A stretch of 61,272 nt of DNA, from positions 1 through 61,272 of the forward strand of contig JACIYB010000001.1 of assembly GCA_014360155.1 (NCBI GenBank), in the 5' to 3' direction. The DNA comes from Syntrophomonadaceae bacterium. Its GTDB lineage: Bacteria; Bacillota; Syntrophomonadia; Syntrophomonadales; Syntrophomonadaceae. Every line of letters starts with the position of its first letter. The first letter of the stretch is position 1. The notes under the pieces were generated by a model that worked only from the letters and a program-made list of their open reading frames with translations, had not been told where the DNA came from and searched no databases. The translations under genes were made by a program, and so were the position numbers. Below are positions 49,957-58,283 of this stretch, in pieces.

Positions 49957-50687
49957 AGGCATATATTATTAAAATAGAACTTAAACACTCGGACCCCCTT
50001 ATCTGGCGAAAAGTCATCATGCCCGCAGGCGCCACATTTAACCGGCTCCATGATGTAATCCAGACGGTTACAAACTTTCAAAGCGGCTACCCTTCTAGGG
50101 ATTATCATCTCTATGAGTTTGACCTGAGGAAAGAAAATATCAGGGTAACCAATGATGAGGAAGCTTACCAGGAGCATCTCCATTTCAAAAAGAACAGAAA
50201 AGCATATGAGAAAAGGCTAAAAACAATACCTCCGGATCAGGCCGGGTTTGAAAAAGCCTATCAGGAAAGACTCCAAGTGACAGTGCGTAAACCCACGGGG
50301 CTAAAGATTGATGATTACCTCGAAAAGCATAAAGAGATTCTTTACCGTTATGATTTCGGGGATGGCTGGGAATTTATCATCAGGCTGGAAGATATAGTGG
50401 ATGATTATTATTTTGGTTACCCAACACTTCTTGATGGTGAGGAGACAGCACCCCCGGAAGATGTGGGCGGAATCTCAGGATTCTATGATTTTTTAAAAGC
50501 TTACCGGGACGAGAAGCATTCGGAACATGAAGAAATGAAGGCATGGGCGGACGGACAGGGGTTTAAAGAATATGATCCGGAATGGATTAACGAATTACTG
50601 AAGAACATTGCCTATAAAAAAACAGAGTGGGATAAAATTAATCACGACAGGTATATGATCATTGAGGACAAGTATCGGAAGAAATAA
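49953..50687 (+). CDS. Plasmid pRiA4b ORF-3-like (PRiA4_ORF3) family protein
   Basis: ATGA overlap with the helicase stop. Motifs IWRKVIMPAGATFNRLHDVIQ, YRYDFGDGWEF and PPEDVGGISGFYDFL. Confidence 0.8.
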   Translation: MKAYIIKIELKHSDPLIWRKVIMPAGATFNRLHDVIQTVTNFQSGYPSRDYHLYEFDLRKENIRVTNDEEAYQEHLHFKKNRKAYEKRLKTIPPDQAGFEKAYQERLQVTVRKPTGLKIDDYLEKHKEILYRYDFGDGWEFIIRLEDIVDDYYFGYPTLLDGEETAPPEDVGGISGFYDFLKAYRDEKHSEHEEMKAWADGQGFKEYDPEWINELLKNIAYKKTEWDKINHDRYMIIEDKYRKK

Positions 50688-50806
50688 CAAGGCGATCAGG
50701 GAATCAATTAATTTTTCGATAACGAAACAAGAATGGCAGGGTATTACGGAGCTGTTGACCTGAGGATAGCTGCAGAAGCATTACCTTGCAGAACAGGAGG
50801 TTTTCC

Positions 50807-51757
50807 ATGGAATTTGGCAAACTGACCAGAATTAATCCCAGAGATATCTGGTTTAAAGAGGCCACTGATTTTACACCATGGCTGGCTGACAATATTGGCG
50901 CCCTTGGTGAAGCGCTTGGGATGGAATTGGAACTTAGTCAACAAGAAGCCTCAGTTGGTGAATTTTCACTTGATCTTCTGGCTAAAGATTTAGGAACAGG
51001 CCATACAGTGATCATCGAAAATCAGCTAACCCAAACTGACCACGATCATTTAGGCAAGTTATTGACCTACGCCTCAGGCTTTAACGCGTCGGTTATTGTC
51101 TGGGTTGCAGAGGTAATTCGTGATGAGCACAGGCAAGCCCTTGAATGGCTAAATCAAAGGACAGATGAAGATACCCTATTCTTTGGAGTCGTTATAGAGA
51201 TAATCAAGATCGACAATTCAAAACCAGCCTATATCTTTAGGCCTGTTGTTTCCCCGAGTGAGTGGCAAAAATCCCGAAAACGCCAGGCCAAATCCACCAC
51301 CACTGCAAAGGGGGAGCAATATCGTCAATATTTCCAGGAACTAATTGATGAACTGCGGGTGAAGCACAAATATACCAATGCCAAAATAGGTCAGCCGCAG
51401 AATTGGTATGCTTTTTCATCAGGGATTACTGGGGTAACCTTTAATGCTGTTTTTGGCCAGGGTGGGAAGGTTCGCACAGAGCTCTATATTGATTTCGGTG
51501 ATGCCGAAAAAAACAAAATGCTCTTCGATCGCCTCAGCGAACAAAAAGAAGATATTCACCATAGTTTTGGGGGTGATCTCGAATGGGAACCGATGGACGA
51601 AAAAAGAGCTTGTCGTATAACTGCGTATAGAGATGGTTCAATTGATGCTACCAAGGAGGAGCTTGCTCAAATAAAAGATTGGCATATTGAAACTTTAGTT
51701 AAAATGAAGAAAACCCTGACCCCTTTCATAAAAAGAAACCTGAAACATCTTAGTTAG
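50807..51757 (+). CDS. DUF4268-type protein with an N-terminal PD-(D/E)xK-like nuclease domain
   Basis: ATG after an AGGAGG RBS. Motif FSLDLLAKDLGTGHTVIIENQLTQTDHDHLGKLLTYASG, with a C-terminal DUF4268-like half. Confidence 0.7.
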   Translation: MEFGKLTRINPRDIWFKEATDFTPWLADNIGALGEALGMELELSQQEASVGEFSLDLLAKDLGTGHTVIIENQLTQTDHDHLGKLLTYASGFNASVIVWVAEVIRDEHRQALEWLNQRTDEDTLFFGVVIEIIKIDNSKPAYIFRPVVSPSEWQKSRKRQAKSTTTAKGEQYRQYFQELIDELRVKHKYTNAKIGQPQNWYAFSSGITGVTFNAVFGQGGKVRTELYIDFGDAEKNKMLFDRLSEQKEDIHHSFGGDLEWEPMDEKRACRITAYRDGSIDATKEELAQIKDWHIETLVKMKKTLTPFIKRNLKHLS

Positions 51758-52899
51758 ATTCTGCTGAAAAAAGCAATTTCCTGATTACTCTTCTATAAGT
51801 CTTAGGTTGTTCCTTGATAACTTGATCATGGTTTGGCACTACCGCTTGGCTTAGATCAGCTTGGCTATTCGGTTCAGATTATATCCCCAGATGGCTCCGC
51901 CCACCCAGCGCCGGCAGCCGTTCAATCCCCGGTAAAGTGTCCGGTCGAGTCCATAGCGCCTCTTCAGCTCACTGATTGTTCCTTCTTGACCGGCCCGCCA
52001 GCGCTGAAGCCGGCGGAACCATGGCCGGCGCTCGTGTTCAGCACGCCGGCGGCTGCGTTTGCCTTTAAAAGGAAGGCTGACTTTTTGCACACCCATTTCC
52101 TTTAAAGCGCGTTCGTTGGCCGGAGCCCAGAATCCCCGGTCGGTAGCAGTGGCTTGAGGCACTCGCCCGGTGCGCTGAATGTGTTCCCTGACTCCGGGGA
52201 CGAGTAGTTCTTTATCCGGAGGGTTGCCTATCATCACGTCATACTCGGTCACCAGCCGCTCTGCACTTTCCGTCAGCCGTACTTTGTTTCTGTTCTTTAA
52301 GAGCCTTTCTTCCTGAGCTTTGCAGACGAGGTGGGCGTTTAACTCGGCCATGTGGTCACTGCCGCTGGCATCCAGCCGCTGGCGGATCTTGGACAGACTG
52401 CTGGGATGGGGCACCGGCTTGTTCCAGGGAATCCGAAAGATTTGGCGCCAGCTGATCCGGTCGCTGACCAGGGCGCAAAGGTGCCGGTCGCTGAGCCCGT
52501 ACTGGTACTTGAGTGCTGTCATGCGCAAGTAGGTTTCCGCCGGCACGGAGGGCCGTCCCAAACACTGATGGTATTTGTCCCGAAACGGTGTGAAGAAACG
52601 CTCATCATCCAGCCAGGCGTCCAGTTTGGCCAGATCTTCCGGAAGCTCAAGCACCTCGGGCGGCAATAGTAAATCCACCAGTGATATTTGTCGGCTCTCT
52701 TCCTGCCGGATTCGCAGTATTATTTTTCACCCCCGCAGGAAACTGGGCTTTTGCGTCGAACCATGATCAACATAGGGATTTCCTCCTGTGCGTTTGTTTT
52801 GTTTTCTTCTCCTTAAACAATTCGCCACAGGAGTCGAAATCCCTTGATTTATATGCATTTTCAAGGAACTTTTTGGCTGACTTTTTCAGCAGAATCTAG
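51754..52899 (-). mobile_element. IS5-family-like insertion sequence, probably an internally deleted derivative
   Basis: Terminal inverted repeats attctgctgaaaaa (51758-51771) and tttttcagcagaat (52882-52895), flanked by TTAG on the left and CTAG on the right. Confidence 0.75.
51851..52678 (-). CDS. IS5-like transposase (275 aa; DUF772-type N-terminus, C-terminal DDE part, apparently no first catalytic Asp region)
   Basis: N-terminus GRPSVPAETYLRMTALKYQYGLSDRHL, then ATATDRGF and RAGQEGTISELKRRYGLDRTLYRGL. It looks short for this architecture. Confidence 0.7.
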   Translation of the reverse strand: MDLLLPPEVLELPEDLAKLDAWLDDERFFTPFRDKYHQCLGRPSVPAETYLRMTALKYQYGLSDRHLCALVSDRISWRQIFRIPWNKPVPHPSSLSKIRQRLDASGSDHMAELNAHLVCKAQEERLLKNRNKVRLTESAERLVTEYDVMIGNPPDKELLVPGVREHIQRTGRVPQATATDRGFWAPANERALKEMGVQKVSLPFKGKRSRRRAEHERRPWFRRLQRWRAGQEGTISELKRRYGLDRTLYRGLNGCRRWVGGAIWGYNLNRIAKLI

Positions 52900-53424
52900 C
52901 TACAGTTAAGGATATATTCACCAAGGAAATAACCGGCTGGGCTACAGCCAATAACATGAAAACAGAACTTTGCCTTAGAGCCTTAAAAAACGCTGTAATA
53001 AGGCATAGACCGCCCAAGGGACTCATTCATCATTCTGATCGAGGTGTCCAATATTGCAGCAAAGAATATCAAGCTTTACTAAAGAAAAATAAGATGGTTT
53101 GCAGTATGAGCCGCAAAGGTAACTGTTATGATAACGCTTGTGCGGAAACATTCTTCAGCACCATCAAATGCGAAATGCTTTATCACAAAAAATATAAAAC
53201 AAGAGAAGAAGCCCGTCGGGACATATTCTGGTATATAGAAGTCTTCTACAACCGTAAGAGAAGGCACCAGTCCCTGGGGTATCTGACTCCGGCAGAATTT
53301 AAGCGTAATTACATAGCCAAGTTAGTAGCCTAGAGCCAGAATTAGGAATACGAAAAACTAAGCAATTGTATGATTTAAGCTAAAAACCTAACTCTGGAGT
53401 GTCCGTTTTATCGTGAAAACCTCA
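52899..53424 (+). pseudogene. IS3-family OrfB (rve) 3' fragment with the right inverted repeat
   Basis: The frame reads VKDIFTKEITGWATANNMKTELCLRAL...HSDRGVQYCS...NCYDNACAETFF...RRHQSLGYLTPAEF. It starts abruptly at the IS5-like boundary and ends ...cgtgaaaacctca (53424). Confidence 0.8.
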
Positions 53425-53539
53425 ATGTTGATCGCAGTGATGAATTTAAAAAAGCTGCCCAAATTCGTAAGCATATTATATATTGCTTTTATATTATTTT
53501 ATTTTATAATAATTTATAGATAAATGGAGCATAATATAT

Positions 53540-53886
53540 ATGACTATCCCTGAAAAATTTATTAGAGAAGCGGCTAGAAAAGGGCAAATCAAATACAGTA
53601 ACCACGCACAATTACGCATGGGTGAAAGAAAAATCCCGCGTCTGCTTGAAAAATCCCGCGTCTGCTTATTGATAATGCAATTTTAAATGGCGAAGTTCTC
53701 GAAATTCAAAATTTTCCTGAGAAAGATGTTAAAGTTGTTTTCCAGTCAATTCCTGGAACAAACGATGATTTCTATGTTATTGTAGCAGCATCTTATCCTC
53801 AAGTTGTTGTAGTAAGTGTATGTTATTTTATGGAGGAGGTATGGGAAGAACTTGGCAACCTATACCAAAGGAGGGAAAAAAGGTGA
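53540..53886 (+). pseudogene. DUF4258-family toxin gene inactivated by a 20-bp tandem duplication
   Basis: MTIPEKFIREAARKGQIKYSNHAQLRMGERKIPRLL is followed by the duplicated unit. Removing one unit restores a 108-codon frame that ends in a GTGA overlap with the antitoxin start. Confidence 0.8.
53628..53667 (+). repeat. Perfect 20-bp tandem duplication (gaaaaatcccgcgtctgctt, two copies)
   Basis: 53628-53647 is identical to 53648-53667. Confidence 0.95.
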
Positions 53887-54281
53887 GATGTATATTTTGT
53901 AACCAAAAAATGAATAAGGTTACAACTTCTACTACTACGAAATGGGGAGAATATGAAGTTACCATAAAAGGCCTTCCTGCCTATGAATGTCCAGAATGTG
54001 GAGAAAAAATTTTCAGCTCTTCAACAGTAGACATAGTACAAAGCCTGGCAGCTGGCTTGGCGGATAGTATGCAAAAAGATAGGCCAGATACTTTAAACGT
54101 TACTGAAACTGCTGAGATGTTAAGGGTTTCAAACCAGACGATATACAATATGTTACGAGATGGCAGACTGAAAGCAAAAAAAGTCGGCAGAGAATGGCGG
54201 TTTGACCCTGCCGAAGTCAGAAAACTTCTGCCTGATCCCCCTGATCAAATAACTGCAGCTGCAAGAAGCAATAAAATATGA
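53883..54281 (+). CDS. Antitoxin: YgiT/MqsA-type Zn finger fused to an excisionase-type HTH
   Basis: GTG at 53883 follows a GGAGGG RBS. Motifs CIFCNQ...YECPECGEKIF and LNVTETAEMLRVSNQTIYNMLRDGRLKAKKVGREWRF. The track ORF begins earlier, at 53820. Confidence 0.75.
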   Translation: MRCIFCNQKMNKVTTSTTTKWGEYEVTIKGLPAYECPECGEKIFSSSTVDIVQSLAAGLADSMQKDRPDTLNVTETAEMLRVSNQTIYNMLRDGRLKAKKVGREWRFDPAEVRKLLPDPPDQITAAARSNKI

Positions 54282-54436
54282 CAAATATAACTAAGTGGAG
54301 TTGGGTCGTAGAGAGTGATAAACTAATGACAGTTATGAACAATTGGAAAAAGAAGCTCATTTTTTTGCTGCATGTGTATTAGCTCCTCATATTGTATTAT
54401 ATAAACTCGTTGACGATGAAAGTGAAGACTATGGTT

Positions 54437-54676
54437 AATAACCCCTCCCTTCGCCGATGCTCAGGAAGGGGCTTGCGCAAGCGAGCTTATTGACTAGGGG
54501 GCTTGCTGTAAGCGAGCAGCAGTTATCCAGGTCATGGCACCCCGGGGTGTTCCGCAAGCTCCAGGCAGCTGCCGCCAGTGGTTAAAAGTCCTGAAGGGGT
54601 AGGGACGGTGCTGCTGGCACGAAAAGTCTGGGTAACAACCCCGATGCGGCCCTAACTCTGAAAGGAGGTACACTCT
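54437..54676 (+). ncRNA. Putative IscB-associated omega RNA scaffold, copy 1 (includes the IS200/IS605-type left-end hairpin)
   Basis: A ~240-nt GC-rich, stem-rich non-coding stretch immediately upstream of the IscB PLMP N-terminus. It is repeated at 56546, with compensatory base changes between copies. Confidence 0.6.
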
Positions 54677-55140
54677 GTGTTAGTGTACGTTATCAACAAG
54701 CACGGGAAACCTTTGATGCCGTGCAAACCTAGTAAAGCAAGAAAGCTGCTTAAAGATGGCAAAGCAAAAGTGGTTCAAAGAACGCCGTTTACTATTCAAC
54801 TGCTTTACGGCAGCTCGGGCTATAAACAGCCTATAACGTTAGGTAAGGAAGTGTAACCGCAGATTATTTAAAGGTGTCAGAAGCCATAACTGCCGAGCGA
54901 TATATTAAAGGTTTTCAGCGTTACGATAAGGTGCTCTGGCGCGGCATAGAGTGTTTTATCTTTGGAAGAAGAAAAACCGGATACTTTGATTTACGCAAGC
55001 TGGACGGCACAAAGGTTCATGCTTCAGCTAAAGCCGAAGAGCTGAAGCTTTTGGAAAAGGCTAGAACATTTCTTGTAGAAAGGAGGAAAAGGCGTCTCCT
55101 CCCCTCCCTTATGGAAGGGGTCTCCGCCGCCATGGTTTAG
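54677..55140 (+). pseudogene. iscB: IscB remnant 1: PLMP N-terminus (59 codons) joined by deletion to the C-terminal domain
   Basis: The N-terminus reads [56 protein letters not shown] and then stops. ORF 54874-55140 (ERYIKGFQRYDKVLWRGIECFIFGRRKTGYFDLRKLDGTKVHA) is the IscB C-terminus. RuvC, bridge-helix and HNH regions are absent. Confidence 0.75.
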
Positions 55141-56529
55141 ATGAAACCAAAACTTATTAGCACTGAAGAAGCTGTTCACCTGGATCGTAAGCAGGTAAAA
55201 TCTCTCTACAAACAATACATCAACCCCAGTTTTGCGACGATGTTGAGCCTCTTAAATTTCGACAAAAGGTTCGTCCACGCTGAAGGAATCTATGTCTGGG
55301 ATGACCAGGGAAAACGCTATTTGGACTTTCTTGGAGGCTACGGTGCCCTCAACTTTGGTCATAACCATCCGTGTATTGTTTCCATCGTTGAACAGGTAGC
55401 AAAATGGCCCAACTTGCTTCAGGCTTCCTTGAGTACCTTCAGTGCTGTTTTAGCTTACAACCTCGCCCAGCTAACCCCTGGCAAAATTGAGCGGAGTTTT
55501 TTTTGCAATAGTGGAGCCGAAGCTGTTGAAGGGGCATTGAAGCTGGCAAGAGCAGCAACAAAAAAGAAAAGAATTATTTACTGTGAAGGAGCCTTTCACG
55601 GTAAAACCTTTGGGGCCCTATCTGTAACTGGGCGCAGTAAGTATCAAGAACCCTTCAAGCCATTGCTTTTAGACTGTGAGCCTGTGCCCTATGGAGATGC
55701 TGGAGCCCTCGAAAAAAAACTCCAAGATGGTGACGTGGCTGCGTTTATCCTGGAACCAATTCAAGGTGAGGGAGGCATCAAAATTCCTCCCCAGGGTTAT
55801 TTACAAAAAGCAAGAGAATTGACTAGGAAGTATGATGCCCTGCTGATTATAGATGAAATCCAGACAGGCTTTGGGAGAACAGGGAAAACCTTTGCCTGTG
55901 AACACGAAGGTGTAGAACCAGATGTCATGTGCCTGGGTAAGTCATTAGGAGGGGGTATAATGCCCCTCGCAACTTTTACCACTACTTCAGATATCTGGGA
56001 TAAAGCTTACGGTGGTTTTGAGCGCTGTCTTCTCCATACATCTACATTTGGGGGCAACACGAGGGCTGCTGCAGCAGGTGTTGCTACTCTTCAGGTGCTT
56101 ATTGAGGAGAACCTTGCGAACAAGGCATGGAAAAATGGACAATATTTTCTTACAAAGCTCCAGGAGCTTCAAGGAAAATACCCTGGATTTATCAAAGAAG
56201 TGAGGGGCCGCGGTCTCCTGATTGGAATTGAGTTTAACCAAATTGCAGGTGATTTCTGGGATAAGCTGACAGCGGGGAAATTGAACAGAATTGCCGAGGA
56301 ATATCTGGCTGCCTTTGTTGCTGCAGAGCTATTGAATAAATACCAGATCATCACTGCCTATACCTTGAATAATCCCAATGTTATTCGCTTGGAGCCACCA
56401 CTGATTGTGATGAGAGAACAGCTTGATCAGGTCGTGGTAGCACTAGAAGATATTTTCAAGAAATACAAAAGTCTTTGGAAACTTGTTTTGGGAAGCAGTA
56501 AATATTTTCTGTCTTCGTTCAAACAGTAG
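55141..56529 (+). CDS. Class-III PLP-dependent aminotransferase (acetylornithine/putrescine/GABA aminotransferase-like)
   Basis: Motifs YLDFLGGYGALNFGHNHP, FFCNSGAEAVEGALKLAR, LIIDEIQTGFGRTG and the Schiff-base region CLGKSLGGG. Confidence 0.9.
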   Translation: MKPKLISTEEAVHLDRKQVKSLYKQYINPSFATMLSLLNFDKRFVHAEGIYVWDDQGKRYLDFLGGYGALNFGHNHPCIVSIVEQVAKWPNLLQASLSTFSAVLAYNLAQLTPGKIERSFFCNSGAEAVEGALKLARAATKKKRIIYCEGAFHGKTFGALSVTGRSKYQEPFKPLLLDCEPVPYGDAGALEKKLQDGDVAAFILEPIQGEGGIKIPPQGYLQKARELTRKYDALLIIDEIQTGFGRTGKTFACEHEGVEPDVMCLGKSLGGGIMPLATFTTTSDIWDKAYGGFERCLLHTSTFGGNTRAAAAGVATLQVLIEENLANKAWKNGQYFLTKLQELQGKYPGFIKEVRGRGLLIGIEFNQIAGDFWDKLTAGKLNRIAEEYLAAFVAAELLNKYQIITAYTLNNPNVIRLEPPLIVMREQLDQVVVALEDIFKKYKSLWKLVLGSSKYFLSSFKQ

Positions 56530-56545
56530 TGGTATTATTTGCGTC

Positions 56546-56786
56546 AATAACCCCTCCCTTCGCTGACGCTCAGGAAGGGGCTTGCGAAAGCAAGCTTATT
56601 GACTAGGGGGCTTACTGTAGGTAAGCAGCAGTTATCCAGGTGATGGCACCCCGGAATATTCCGCACGTTCCGGGCAACTGCCGCCGATGGTTAAACAGTC
56701 CTGAAGGGGTAGGGACGGTGCTGCTGGCGTGACAAGCCTGGACAACAATCCCGATGCGGCCCTAACTCCGAAAGGAGGTATACTTT
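56546..56786 (+). ncRNA. Putative IscB-associated omega RNA scaffold, copy 2
   Basis: Collinear with 54437-54676. By hand count, about 29 differences in ~240 nt, several of them compensatory in stems. Confidence 0.6.
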
Positions 56787-58003
56787 GTGTTAGTGTACGT
56801 TATTAACAAGCATGGCAAACCTTTAATGCCGTGCAAACCTAGTAAAGCAAGAAGGCTGCTTAAAGATGGCAAAGCAAAAGTGGTTCAAAGAACACCGTTT
56901 ACTATTCAACTGCTTTACGGCAGCTCGGGCTATAAACAGCCTATGCGGTAACGAATAAGCAAGAAGTTTATTCAGCAGAAGTTAAGCTGCGAAACGATAT
57001 TGTCAAACTTAACTCGGAAAGGCGTCAGTACAGGCGTTTCCGGCGTTACCGCAAGACATGGTACCGCCAACCACGTTTTTTAAATCGCAAAAAAACTAAA
57101 GGTTGGCTCCCGCCTTCGATACAGCATAAACTGGACAGCCACATCAAGGTAATTGAACAGGTAAAGAAGATGCTTCCTGTAACCCATATAAACATTGAGG
57201 TAGCTGCCTTTGATATTCAAAAGATTAAAAACCCCGGTATTTCTGGGACAGACTATCAAAATGGTGAGCAAGCAGGTTTTTGGAATGTGAGGGAATACGT
57301 CCTTTACCGGGATAACCATACCTGCCAAGCATGTAAAGGCAAGTCGAAAGACCCGGTGTTAGAAGTTCACCACATAATTTCCCGGCAGGTGGGCGGCGAC
57401 CGGCCGGAAAACCTGATTACCGTCTGCAAAACCTGTCACGAAAAATACCACCGTGGCAAATTAAAACTAGATTTCAAGCCATCTAAGGGTTTCAAGGCAG
57501 AAACCTTCATGTCTACCGTAAGGTGGAAGTTGGTTAACGCGCTAAAAGAAACAGGGAATACAGTAAGCCACACTTACGGTTATCTCACCAAACAGCGAAG
57601 AACAAACCTTGGCCTGCCCAAAAGTCACGTCAACGATGCTTTTGTAATCGCCGGTGGGGATTATCAGCATAGAAGCAGGGTATGCTACTTTATTCAGCAC
57701 AGCAGGTAAGGAAGTGTAACCGCAGATTATTTAAAGGTGTCAGAAGCCATAACTGCCGAGCGATATATTAAAGGTTTTCAGCGCTACGATAAGGTGCTCT
57801 GGCGCGGCATAGAGTGTTTTATCTTTGGAAGAAGAAAAACCGGATACTTTGATTTACGCAAGCTGGACGGCACAAAGGTTCATGCTTCAGCTAAAGCCGA
57901 AGAGCTGAAGCTTTTGGAAAGTTCTAGAACATTTCTTGTAGAAAGGAGGGAGAGGCGGCTCCTCCCCTCCCTTACGGAAGGGGTCTCCACCGCCAGGGTT
58001 TAG
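56787..58003 (+). pseudogene. iscB: IscB pseudogene 2: frameshifting deletion across RuvC-I and an in-frame TAA before the C-terminal domain
   Basis: The PLMP N-terminus stops at 56951. The frame from 56936 carries the Arg-rich bridge helix (ERRQYRRFRRYRKTWYRQPRF), RuvC-II (INIEVAAFD), HNH (CQACKG...EVHHIISRQVGGDRPENLITVCKTCHEKYH) and RuvC-III (HVNDAF). After a TAA at 57707-57709, the same frame continues into the C-terminal domain. Confidence 0.8.
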
Positions 58004-58219
58004 ATGAAGTTAAACGGGTTGGCTCCAGTTCATTGCCAGACTGAATGCTATAGCCGGCACGATTTTCAGAGCTTTATGGAGGCATATGCCGAGGTAGCAA
58101 GGTATATAGAGTATTACAACCGTAAAAGGAGGCATGATAGCCTGAGGTATATGAGTCCTGAGGAGTTCCACCAAGCATTTATGAGCAAATTAATGAAAGT
58201 AGAATCTTTTGCGGTATAA
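58004..58219 (+). pseudogene. Integrase-core (IS3-like rve) C-terminal fragment
   Basis: Motif FMEAYAEVARYIEYYNRKRRHDSLRYMSPEEFH. Its ATG lies in the sequence shared with the other IscB element end. Confidence 0.65.
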
Positions 58220-58283
58220 TTTCTATAATTAGGGGGGGCTAAATAGTTTCTTTTTTCGATAGCAACCTTTAAAGATATGTACC

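Noticed and set aside
52320-52899. Plus-strand ORFs overlapping the IS5-like transposase and its end
   Set aside because: They are antisense to a recognisable transposase in GC-rich DNA and carry no motifs.
53425-53520. MLIAVMNLKKLPKF-type reading after the IS3 right end, resembling the tail of an IS4/IS1182-type transposase
   Set aside because: It is too short and low in complexity to distinguish from chance.
54322-54438. Short frame reading ...LEKEAHFFAACVLAPHIVLYKLVDDESEDYG, reminiscent of an ImmA/IrrE metallopeptidase C-terminus, ending at the IscB element's left end
   Set aside because: There are only about 38 codons and one loose motif (EA..FA..L.P), which is insufficient for a feature call.
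54842-54862. The ggtaaggaagtgtaacc junction shared by both IscB remnants looked like an intron or splice-like boundary
   Set aside because: It is more simply the ancestral sequence containing an in-frame TAA. Copy 1 joins to it through an aggt microhomology deletion. No group I or group II intron features are present.
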